64,000 nucleotides of DNA from Lophium mytilinum (lineage: Eukaryota): NCBI GenBank assembly GCA_010093605.1, contig MU004183.1:682001-746000 (forward strand). Direction: 5' to 3'. Under the pieces are notes generated by a model that saw nothing but the letters and a program-made list of their open reading frames with translations, made no database searches and was not told the DNA's origin. A program made the position numbers and the translations under genes. This document shows positions 1-11,159 of this stretch, one piece after another. Position 1 is the first letter of the stretch; each line of letters starts with the position of its first letter.

Positions 1-144
1 AAGCGCATGGACAACCGCTGGTGGCGCATCAGCGACGACAAGATCAAGGAGAGTCGCACGAGCGACGTGCTGGCGATGCAGAAGGAGGTTTATCTCTTGT
101 TCTACGAGCTGGAACGGCCGCTGCCTGGGGAGGAAGATGCGTAG
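1..144 (+). CDS. 3' end of ubiquitin carboxyl-terminal hydrolase (USP/UBP, C19 peptidase), truncated by window edge
   Basis: Frame 1 reads KRMDNRWWRISDDKIKESRTSDVLAMQKEVYLLFYELE...DA*. WWRISD...YLLFYE is the USP C-terminal signature after the His box. Confidence 0.85.
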   Translation, partial: KRMDNRWWRISDDKIKESRTSDVLAMQKEVYLLFYELERPLPGEEDA

Positions 145-296
145 GAGGCGGCTAATCAAAAACAGACTTCTTTGTGTATATTGGGCACGGGGTGGCGTCT
201 AGGCGTTCTTATTTGCTCCAAAATGGGTGTTTATGTTAGATGATAGATGGCCTTTTGCAAGGTGGCTCAGTTCGCGTTGTGGTGGGCGTTACAGCG

Positions 297-1050
297 TGTT
301 TTTGGTTTTCAAGGCTTATGAGGCCACGTCAAGCGTTGGCGAGAGAGTGTAGACAAGCCGTTGGTGAGAAGCTGAGTTCGAGGGAATGGAATTTAGTAAC
401 CCGGATATCATACTGCCTGAGTGCTGTCTTTATAGGCCAGAAGCCACTGATAGGAGCCTCCCTGCCCAGACCGTCAGGTTGTGATTTGGTTCCCACCGTG
501 TCGAACTTGACATCGTATCTTTGGTTTTCAACGCTCATGGGGCCACCTCAAACATTGGCGAAGAAGGGTGGAGCAGCCTTTGGTAGGATACCAAGTTCTA
601 CGTGATAGGATATAGCAATACATATATTCAACTGCCCGATTCTCATCTTTGCAAGCTAGACGCGACTGTCAGGAAGCCCCCTACCCCTTGGTGACCGGGC
701 CGCCAAGGGCTAACCTGACCCCCAATGCATTAAACTTGACATCGTGTCATATTCTTGAAAGCTCTCTGGGGCGCCGCAAACGCTGGCAAACGCGTGTGGA
801 AACGTGTTTGGTGGAGACACCGAGTTCCAGGATACAGTTCAGCACACGCATATCCTACTACCTGAGTTCCATCTCTAGAAGCTACACACTACCGTCAGGA
901 GCCCCTCTGCTCTTAGATAGCCAGTGCGTCAAAGCGTAGTCCAATTCCCACTGCTTCAAACATGACATTATGTGTTCAGTTTTCAGGACGTATTGGGGCA
1001 CCTCAAACGCTGGCGAACCAGTATGGATAGACCTTTACTAAGACACTGCA
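297..1050. repeat. Degenerate tandem array, ~4 units of ~220-230 bp
   Basis: Recurring block (AAC[A/T]TGACAT..)T[G/C]..TTTTCA....GGGGC.CC.CAAAC..TGGC[G/A]A near 300, 515, 745 and 970. No reading frame is preserved across all units. Confidence 0.75.
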
Positions 1051-1251
1051 ATACGGTTCAAGGGAAAAAAAGTAGAAGAACTATCATTGTGTCATGCTAT
1101 CGTGGCTAAAGAAAAGTAAAGAGAACCACCATAACAGGCTGGCTTCGCCGAGCCAACATTGGTATCAAGACCTCGCTTCCTATGCTTTGATTTGCAGGGT
1201 ATTGAATAACAAAGAAATAAGCACCGAAAGTAACTACGTCTCCTACATCGC

Positions 1252-2371
1252 TTAGAATCCAACTTCTGCCTCAAGCAACGCTTCGTGTGCGCCTGGAAAC
1301 AACGGCGCATCCCTAATGATTGACCGCAAGTGCTGGAACTTGCCCTCTCGGTGCCTATTGTTGTCAATTCGGACCCAAGGCTCTGTGCTCATGTCTTCCG
1401 AAAGGTAGATCTTGAGGTACGCGACCTCTGCGCCGGCCTCACGCTGAGCGGAACCATTTGTGGCGTCTTCCACCCTCTCCAGCAGCTGAGCGGCGGAATC
1501 GCAGCCTCGGAGGGCGACGGAGCCAAGAGGCGTGTGATTGTTGAAAAAGTTGATTCGAGTCTGTTCGAAAGCGTCCGTTCCTCCGGTGGGGTAGACCTGC
1601 GTTTGCTTCCCTTTGGCTTGGCTAGCCTGCCCTTTCTGCTCAGCGCGCTGGCGCTTTCGTGGTACGTCGGGTTCTTCCTGTCGTTGACGTTTCTTCTGCG
1701 CAGCTTCTTTCGTCTTCTCAGCACTCGTACCGCTCCGCAGCACAGACTTGTTGATGTTCGGAGTTGGCTCTGGTTCATCATCGGAATCATCCTCCTCGGA
1801 TTGGCTGTCGGGTTGGGGTGCAAGAGGGCCTTTGGTCGCAGCCTTTGGCCTGGCCCGTCCTCTCGCCGGCTCATCGCTTGCTCCGTTTCGCAGGGCTGAT
1901 CGATCGATGTTGGCAGTGGCTGCTGCGGTACCTCGACTCTTCTTCGCAAGCACCAGCTGACGGAGATGTTCTTTGATCCTATGGAAGTCAGTATGATGCA
2001 GTGCTTGTTAGCGGATGAGAAACGACGTACGTCTGCTTGTCGCGTGGATAGATGAGATGCTTCCTGTACAGCGTCTCGGGGTCAGGGTCGCGGAGATGGG
2101 TTCTCTGCACATTGGCAGGCTTGTTGGGCCAGATAGGAGGACCAAGTTTCTCCAGTATCTTGTCGAGCTCTTTGTCGAAGAGCTTGGGGTCATTGCGGTC
2201 GACTGCTGAAGCGCTGAGCTTGGTGAAGAGGTTTCCGATCTCCGTCTTGTAGAGATCGTTCAGCGGCTTGAAGTTGAACTTCGGTCTCTTAATAACGCCC
2301 TCGTCTTTGCCAAAGTGTCGCCAGCCGAGCGCCTCGAAGCACTCATTGACGCCGCGGCGTGGTTTTCCCAT
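1252..2371 (-). CDS. Orphan gene A, 355 aa hypothetical protein (N-terminal domain shared with gene C; acidic and K/R-rich linker; C-terminal domain resembling that of gene B)
   Basis: Exons 2371-2031 and 1978-1252. The intron 2030-1979 (GTACGT...CTGAC...TAG) joins ORFs 1988..2371 and 1252..1953 in frame. Confidence 0.8.
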
Positions 2372-3059
2372 AGCTGAGCAGAAGGCTACAGCTCTGAATG
2401 GAGCGGACTAGTTAGTGAATGTTTGGAGAATCTTCATCGCTCACGACTGCTTATAGCACACATTTTTTCTTGAAAATAAAGCGGCAGGCCGTTCCTAAGC
2501 CGATCTAGCGAGTTGGACTGCACTTACTGGAGAGACAAGCAGGGTTGGTCAAAGCAATCCGTACAATGCGGTGACGACAGTGAAATTGTCCGCTCATGTA
2601 ATGTCGAACAGAGAAGATAGAAAGTTGAGTATAGTTGTGACGCAAGAGGAATTAAACGCGAACAAGGCTGAAATGGAGTCGTCGATCACTTGGAGTCGCT
2701 GTCGACGAGCAAATGCAGGTGGCTGGTGTCGGACGCAGAAGCGGCAGGGATGGTGGAAACGAAAGCGGTCCGTCGAAAGGATATACTGGACTCCCGCGCT
2801 GTCGGGTTAGTCGTGCAGTGTATAGAGAGAGTGTTTGGAAGATGGAGGGAGAGGAAGCGCAGCGCCTGATATAAGTTTCAGGTTGGAAGCTCAGGCAAGT
2901 CCGCGCAGTCTGTAGTTTAACCAGGTCGCACACGCTGTTCTTCACCGGCTGCGACAACGATCCATCTACAATTGCAGCCCCACTCTTGCTATTGTGTTCA
3001 ACTATACTCCTTGGTGAGTCCTGATTGGATCATACAACACAACCATTGTCGACCCGGGC

Positions 3060-3830
3060 CCATCGTTCCTTATTGACAACACCACTTCACCTCTCTATTG
3101 TTTGGCACCGCTCCTTTCCTTCATTTATCAGAGCCCGCCGCCCGCCATCTCGACTGCTGTCCTCAACACCTTCTTTCTCGCACATCGAGCTGCTACATCG
3201 CTCGCAAGCCTTTCGTCAATCCAGTTTTCATTGTCGCATTCGAACCAAGTCCATCACGCTCTTGCCCGACCGACCTTCTCGAGAACACGAACGGCTTCAG
3301 TCCTGCACTTTCAGTTGCTGCTGTAGCGGTAACAACACTGTTGTCATTTCCAACCCTCATTGTCGTTCGCGAATCAAATCCATCACCATCTCCCGACAGG
3401 ATCCTCTGTGTGGCCCTAGTTTCTTCATTCTTGCGCCTTAAGCTGCATCTGGAGCGGCCACGACACTCTCATCGTTTTCAGCCTGCGCTGTTGCTCCCCA
3501 AGCAATTCCATCCCATTCTTGCTCGACACCCTTCCTCTGTATATCTGGACCACCTTCTTCCTGCGCTTCAAGCTGCTTCTGGAGCGGTCACGACAATCTC
3601 ATCATTTTCAACCTTCGCTGTTGCCCCCCAACCAATTCCATCCCAATCTTGCCTGACAGGCTTCCTCTGCGGAACTGGAACATCTTCTTCCTGTGCTTCA
3701 AGCTGCTTCTGTAGCGGTCACGAAGCTCTCATCACTTTCAACTTGGCTCTGGCACCCTCATCAACCCCATCACAGCCTTACAGCCTTGCCCGATCAACTT
3801 TCTGTCAGCATTCCGTTCGCCCTATCAACA
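3060..3830. repeat. Degenerate tandem array, ~130-bp unit, ~5-6 copies
   Basis: GCTGC[T/A]TCTG[G/T]AGCGG[T/C]CACGA at 3442, 3572 and 3702 (exact 130 spacing), with more diverged copies near 3187 and 3315. Confidence 0.85.
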
Positions 3831-4004
3831 GTCTCTCCTTGTAATCTATACCGGTGCATCCTCGTCCATCTCGGATTCCAACGATTCGAGCTGTCACTAG
3901 CTTAAGTGTTTCGCTGTATAGTAAGTTCTTTGCTTCCTCGTTGGAGTGCTGCTCTCGCGCATTCTACATCTAAAGAAGGTCGAGCTAACAATCTGCCCAG
4001 TCTG

Positions 4005-4065
4005 AACCAAGTCCCTTCAACCAGTCCCTTCAACCAATCCCTTCAACCAATCCCTTCAACCAATC
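4005..4065 (+). repeat. 14-bp minisatellite (AACCAATCCCTTCA)x~4 just upstream of the gene B start
   Basis: aaccaagtcccttcaaccagtcccttcaaccaatcccttcaaccaatcccttcaaccaatc. Confidence 0.9.
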
Positions 4066-4080
4066 TCTACTACGACAGAA

Positions 4081-5456
4081 ATGGCACCTGCAATCAAGGA
4101 AGTCGAGTGCTTCGGCGATGCTACCAGGGGAAGCCCGCACTACCATTCTGCGCGCGACTTGCATCGACGTGGCATCTGGATCGGCTATCTGGACGATCAC
4201 AAGAAGAAGTTCGAGGATATGCCGTCATTCCAGGACCTCGCCAAGCGTTACAGGAGTAACATGACGCCGTTTCCGGAGCCTACGGTGGGAGCGAGCGGCA
4301 ATACGAGCTACGCCGTCTGCTTTGGCTGTCATACCAGTGGCCAGGACACGCGCATGATCAAGGTGCTAGACCTTCCATTCACCAACAAGAAGAACGTAAG
4401 GGCTGGTTCCTGCGTTCTTATTTGATCACTTTTAGAACATTTCGTCTAACACAATTCGAGTTGCAGAAAGTCTTGATCATGCCTCTCGAAGACGACAATA
4501 ACAACCGCTTGTTTTGCATCTTGCAACCAGACCCCTTCGAGCGAAAGTTCATCAAGTACGGTTTCTGGCAGGTCGAGGGAGGCTGCTCAAGCTACATCTA
4601 TCTTCTCGGCACCACAGCTTCCAACCAGAGGAAGGGCACCCTCGATGAGATCCGGGCCCTCCGTGTCAACAATCGCCAGCCAGAGGAAGCCGATGAAGCC
4701 AACGCTGCTCCAAAAGCCAAAGCAGCCATCAAAACGTCGAAGAAGCGCACCCGTGATGCTGCCTCTGCGAACGAAGACGGAGGCCCATCCAAGAGGAAGA
4801 AGACAACACCTGTGAATGGGAGATCTGACAGTCCGAAGCTGCCCACCAGCTCCACTTTACGCCAGGACGAGGCAGACCTCGATCGGTTGGTTGCTGCTAT
4901 CGGCAGTGGCAGTCTCCCAAAGCCGGTGAAGCCAAAGCCAGTGAAGCCAGTCCAACGCACGACTCGAAGCTCTGGACCGTTGCCTCCGATCGAGGCCAAC
5001 ACTACTCCCTCCGATCTTCACACTTCAAATTGGTCTCACGAAGCAACTGTGGGCTATCTGGTTGAGGATGACTCCGAGCCTTCAGATGGGCTCTCCAAAG
5101 CTCAAGCTCGACGCGTCCGATTCATGTGGACGTTCGATGCCGATGGCCGCGAAGGCCAGATCCTGCTCTGCCTGGCCGATTGCCCGAATTCGAAGGTATT
5201 CCTCGACCTTTTTGAACAAGAGGCGAATCGGGAGCAGGCGACCAAGGACATCTATGCCAAGGCGAAGAGCTGGTGGGTGGACAGGACTGAGGTTTTGGCA
5301 GGTGGAAAAAAGGAGACGAAGGGCCTGCGAATCACGCCTTCGAATGAGGCGTCGGCCGATGTAGCCTTCAGATTGACGCTGGAGGAGATCGCGAAGTCCA
5401 GACATTGGGAATCTGGCAAGGGAGACTATACGGTCGTCTTGACCCCGATTATCTAA
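4081..5456 (+). CDS. Orphan gene B, 434 aa hypothetical protein with bipartite NLS-like motif (KKRTR...KRKK)
   Basis: Exons 4081-4395 and 4467-5456. The intron 4396-4466 (GTAAGG...CTAAC...TTGCAG) joins the two ORFs in frame. Confidence 0.8.
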
Positions 5457-5780
5457 GAGTGGATTGGGATAGGCGAGATTCAGCGGCTGCTTGTTATTGT
5501 TTATAGCTTGATATCCAGAATTGAATGCGTTCTTCAGCACTTTTGATACATTGAGATTGCTAGCTGTGGTCCTTCAGTGTGTCGCAAAGAATAGATTGAT
5601 TGTTGTTCTCTTGCTACAATACTCCGCCGTAAGTCTAGGCACACAGATCTATCACTACTTGGCTTCAATCTTGCTCACTCGACACCACTGTAGGGGGTAG
5701 CCTGGCTGCTAAGCAGCTACTTGGTCAAGAGGCAGTCTAATCTGCACTACTTGAGACTCGACACTCCTTTAGTTAGTAGC

Positions 5781-8700
5781 CTAGGAGACTAATGCCCTCG
5801 GCGGTACAAACAAAGCCATACAATACCTCTTCAGAATGTCTGTAAACTCCGAATCCATATCTGTGTCGTTGGCAGCATTGATAACGTCCACTAGCAACTG
5901 AACGGAACCACCAGCAACACCCTTGCTAACCTTTCGCCACCGTAATATGAGCGTACGTCGAACATGATTAATCTCTATGGAGCGTTTCAGGCCCTCAATG
6001 CCTGTCTCAACAGCAAAATCTGCAGTATGGGCGATTGAGATGGCACGTTCCATCTTCCTCATCCCGATGAAATACTGCAAAGCCTTGGTCCGAGGATCAC
6101 GCAACGGGTTCTGCAGTTCCTCTCTTGACTCTGCCGCGAGTTTCCAGAGCTTCTCCAGCAGCTTTTCAAGGCGGACCTGCTTTCGATAGCGGTTCTGGGG
6201 TTCCGTGCGACTTCGGTATAGCTGCTGTTGCTTGACGAGGTCGTGCATGTTGATCAACTCCAATTCAATCAGATTTCCGAAGTAGAACCTCAATGTTTCC
6301 TCGTCATCCTCGCTCTCATCGTCCTCGCTCTCTGTGTCGTCAGATTCGTCGAAATCTAACAGTGTAGCCTTTAAAGCGTCGTCGTCGTCATATCGAGGCT
6401 GTGGGTTCTGACTAACGTTGCCTCCAATTTGTGCGTTTCGATCTTCCTGGTGAATGCGGCGGTCTTGGGAAGGCTTTGATAGCGGTCCCGCGCTCCCTTC
6501 GGCCTGCGGGCTTCCACTTCTCCGAGGGGTGTTGTTGCGATCTTTAGCAAGAGGCTCCGATGTCTGTCTAGCACTGCTTTTGGCTTGTGCATTTCTGTCT
6601 CTTTCGTGAGCGCAGCTGCTTTTCTCTTGGGTAGACACCAATGCACGTCCAGTACTGCCTTCGGCTTGTGCACTCCAGCCTTCCTGATGAGCATCGCTAG
6701 CTTTAGGCGTAGGCGAAGCTTCCAAGGGCTTCTGGAATCCGCTTGTGCCGCCGCGCTCGGTAAGGACCGATGGCTGGCTCACAGTTGGAGCTTCGTTTGT
6801 AAGAGGCCGTTCGCCCTGAATGCGCGTTGGAGCATCATGGATTGGAGGATGCTCAGCTGAAGTCTGAGTGGCTGTCGAAGGTTTTTTCGGAGAGGAAGTC
6901 CGACATTGAGGGTGTACTGTAGTCGCGTTGATACGAGACCGTTCAGTATATGACCCACCCGCCGTGTAAGTGTCTTTTGGAGTAGATGAACCTTGAGGAG
7001 AACTAGTTGAAGTATCGTTGTTCGGAGACTGAGTAGCTGATGACTGAGTATCTGTCGAAGCCCTATCGCGGAGGAGGGATCCGTCTCTAGAGACCGAAGA
7101 AGACTCGGGAGAGCCTTGTGGAGTAAGAGTCTGTGCAGGCGATGTTCGGTGATCTTCCGGAGTACTTGAATTAGCAGCTCGAAGCTTTCCCGTCCTGTCG
7201 TCGAAGAACGTTGCGGAGACTGGTCTTATATCAATGGAATCACTTGAGGCTTGCCTCTCAGATGATGGTAGAAAAGAAGCACTGCTAGGGGGAGACATAT
7301 CATCTTCCGACGATCCAATGTCGCTAGTAGGGGACATACGTAGCACAATATGCGGAGTGCAAGAAACGGGACGATTTGTTGGTGTTGGCCCAGCTCGTTG
7401 TGCTGTGCTCGGTGTATTGTTCTTTTGTGCCAACGTCTCGACTCTGATATGCTCCTTTGCATATTGTAGGTGTGATAGTGTTTTTCGTTGAGCTTCTACA
7501 CCAACAGTAGATGATAATGCACCGTGTTGCATCTCTTTGGCAGTCCCAAACACTCCATCGATAGACTGTAAACCTTTTGGTGCCTGGCGAGGTTGAGTGG
7601 GCCGTGTATACGACAACTGAATACATCCAGTTGGAAACATCGGAGCGATCGGGGCTCGAGGTTGCGGACGTTGAGGTTGGGCGCTGCCCGTAGCGACTGA
7701 GTTCAGGGATCGAAATTGAGCATTTTCGTTGGAAATTTCATCGATCGGTGATGTACCTGACGTCTTTTGTGTCTTTCTTGACGACATCGTCTCTTCCACG
7801 GCTGCACGTTTACGCTCGTGGGTCGCGAGAAAAGCGGATGACACGTCTTGCCCGGTATCAAAAGTACTAGGAGATGAAGAAGTTATGATGCCCCAGCTGG
7901 TGAGGATGTTACTTGCTTTATGTCTTAGCTGCAGCTTCTTGTCCCCAGGAAAGGGATCCAGTTTCTTGATGTGCTTCAGGACGCTGTCAATTTTAGTCGT
8001 CCTAATAATTTCCATCTCTAAATTGGGATACTCCTCCAGCAGCCTCAACCAACTAGACATGATGGCCTTCTCATGTTCTTTGGGGGGGTGTAATCGTCCG
8101 CTGTCCAGTTTCCATCCAAATCCTCTCTGCAGTCGCCGTCGAATATGGATGACTGGTGGTTTTAGCACAATATAGAGATACGCAACGAGGAGAATGCTTA
8201 CTCTGTTGTTGCATACTTCTGACCTGCTTGGCGCTATCTTTCAACCAAGGCAACCGCACTATGACTATACGCCCGACCTTTTTATTGTCGTCTGAGTCGG
8301 GTAACTCTTGATGCTCTACTGTGTAAACAGCTTCATCCCAGATCTTGGGGCACGACGGTAAAGGAATTACGCCCACTGCCTTTCCATTATTGGCCTGTGC
8401 CGCCCTTCGTAGGAGCGCCCATTGTCGTATGAGGCGTTTGATTCTACGGCAAGCAATTAGCAAGCTCTGTAAAGTAAGTGGACTGATGCTTACTCTAGCT
8501 CATCCTGCGGATAGTACAGGTCTTTTGTATAGTGCTCATGTGTAATGTCGCCGCCTATTTTCAAGAGGTGACCACGGTTACTTCCCCATATGGTGAGGCC
8601 GTGTGTTTCAAGGAAGCTTTCGATGTGTGCCTCGAACAGTGGATGTGCTGTGTTGTTGGAAAATGCCACTTCATTCTTGGCAAGATCGTCAATATGCGCA

Positions 8701-8879
8701 TATTCGTCCGGTAGAGAATGAGCTAGGGTGGTGACGAAACGGTCGAGTATCTTAAGCATTTCGTTATCGAACCTTGCTCTCGCTTTGCGCGAGACGTTTC
8801 GATTAACTAGGCCCAAGGCCTCGATACATGCATGTGTTCGAGCATTCGGGAGGTCGGGTATGGTCGCGCCCATGGGCAT
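5781..8879 (-). CDS. Orphan gene C, ~999 aa: N-terminal domain shared with gene A, TFIIS-N-terminal (TND)-like helical domain, long S/T/P-rich disordered region, helical C-terminus
   Basis: Exons 8879-8494, 8443-8202 and 8152-5781. Introns 8493-8444 and 8201-8153 both start GTAAGC and have CTAA branch sites. Spliced length is 3000 nt in one frame. An alternative ATG lies at 8873. Confidence 0.8.
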
Positions 8880-10044
8880 TCTTTCCAAATCTGTAAACTA
8901 TGAGTCCGTGGACAAGCCTTCAACTTTGTTTAGGGCTATTTAATACCTTTCAGGTAAGGAAAAGATACAAGTCTTGCCACGATGATATGAGGGGAGGGAG
9001 TTGGAGTACCCTAAATAATTAGGTACTCTAGGGAGTAATGCGAGAAGTAGTGAAAGCTGTGCACGAGCTCACAGTCTAGTTGTGAACCGTTAAGATAAGC
9101 AGACCGAGACTAATAGAGTTCGATGACCTTTAGCGGCTGAAGATGCGCGCTAGAAACAAGAGTTCACTCGCAGGAGTTGAAGAGTGTTGAGCATGAAGGC
9201 GGAGGGGGTTGGAATGGCTGGCCACTTTGTTTCAACCTATGATTGTTTCAATCGTTGGCCTTGAGGGGGTGGTCTCTTTCGGCCCCCTCAAGTGGTACTC
9301 TTTGACCACTATCAGTGGAAAATGACAGATCACTTTGCCCCGTCGCGGGAGGAGACGTAAATACAAACGGGTAGAGGCGCGCATGTCCTGCCACTTAGCT
9401 GTCGGTTCCCGCGTTAGTTCACGGGAACACTCACGCATCGCTAGGATGCCCTGGGAAACATATCCCTACGTGATCTACTCTTTCATTACTTAATCCTGTC
9501 TCGGTGGTCTTATTGTTGGTGTGTGCGTCTATTGGTAAGTTGTCGCTTGCGGAGCGTCCGCAAGGCTGAAACCCTTTGGCGTCAACATGCAGATTGTGCC
9601 CTCGGTTTTCCGCCAGGCAGCGTGCCGGCACGGACGATTGCAAGCCAACACAACCAGCCTACCAAGGCGTCAGTGAGAAACGCCTATGCATGCGCGTGTC
9701 AAACAAGCAAAAAGGCCCATACTTTGGCCTCCGCGCCTTCCCCGGACGCCCACGCCGCATGACTGCAGGAGGGCGACGTCTAGAGTTTTTCGAACAAATC
9801 AGATCACCTGTAGGGTTACTCAACCTGCTCTCTGGGGAGATAAGGGCGTTTTCACGCCATTGCGTGTCTCACGCACGGTCCTGGGAGCCGCTTCACGGCC
9901 CGTTTTTTCGTGATAAACTGAAGGATCACAGACGTTGTTAACCGGGCGTCAAGACCCATAAAACCTGCGTGTGATTCACGACATGAAGATGTGTGAGTTG
10001 CCTTAGCGTTCGGATTGAAGATGTAGTACAGACCTGGTTAGATC

Positions 10045-10578
10045 TAGCTTGTGAAGAACTTTACAGCACATTCTGGAATTTTCTGGTGCACTAGAGGACC
10101 CCAACCGGTAATAACTAGGGGCCAGAACTCGTATATACTGCATCTAACTTAGGTACGAAAGTTGAGCTGCTCTGGATTTAAGGGAGTAGTAACATTACTC
10201 TCATTTGGCCTCTGGAGACGCTTACATCGCACCCCAAGAGTTTGGAGTGTACTGGAGGACTCCAGACGGCACCATCCTGGTGTCAAAAGCCCTTCATGAT
10301 GCTGCTAATTTCCGGACAGAAGATGCATGGAAAAGGTGGTCTAATGTAGCCTTTAGAGAACTTGACATCTTGACCTGACTTTTTACAGTGTGTCAAAGAA
10401 CCGCAGACGGTGACACTATATCAGAATAATAACGCCCTCTATTTCAGCCTGCGGAGAACTTTACATCGTAGTACAACCTTTCAGAATGCGCCGAAGGACT
10501 TCGAACAGCGGTATAGGGTGTTGCAAAAGACTGGTTCGATGTAGCCTGCGAAGAGCTTTACGTCGTGTTTCTAGAAAC
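10045..10578. repeat. Degenerate array, 5 units (spacings 161, 141, 98, 97 bp)
   Basis: Core .AGCCT...[G/A]GAGAACTT[T/G]ACATC...GGAC...AGACGG begins at 10045, 10206, 10347, 10445 and 10542. Confidence 0.7.
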
Positions 10579-11159
10579 AAATCTATTCAGTTACCGTCTT
10601 TCTATTAGCAACTTCATTACGAACTCAATGAGGGAGAGATTGGGAGACAAACGTAGGTGTCGATATCGGTAGCTAGGAAAAGGTCTTGCTACGCTTGCTT
10701 TTCTTGCTCTATGTACATGCTTCAAGTTATGAGTGAAGGGATAGATTGAGCGTGAAAGCCTTCAAGACAAGTGTTTCAACGCGTGTTGGAAGTAGCCTTA
10801 CCCCATAAGCTGTGGTACTTTGCGGTTGCCCCCTAAGCTATGAGGCAAGGAGTCTAATGCGCCACGCCCCCTAGTCACGATGAGTTGAACGTTATTCATG
10901 TGAAATGGGGTGGATCGACAGTGTCAAGTCGATCCCAAGGTCCCTCCTGAACCCTCGACCACGATCGACAATGAATGAAGTCGGATAGAATAGCTTCTAG
11001 GTAACATGAGAATATTGCTTCTCTAAACTTACAGCTTTAATTGCAAGCGTGAAATGGCTTCGCCTATACAGCTTACCACCATTCTCATAGAGTGTGTGGG
11101 TGATCGCACAGCACTTTTCTATTACAATTAGCCTATGACACCTAAGGCCTTTACGGTGA

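Noticed and set aside
3098..3844. 248-aa ORF as a protein-coding gene
   Set aside because: It has a non-ATG start and lies over a 130-bp array whose units shift frame; it is likely a stop-poor by-product of pyrimidine skew.
10045..10578. CRISPR-like repeat-spacer array
   Set aside because: Eukaryotic context, highly degenerate repeats, irregular spacing and no cas genes.
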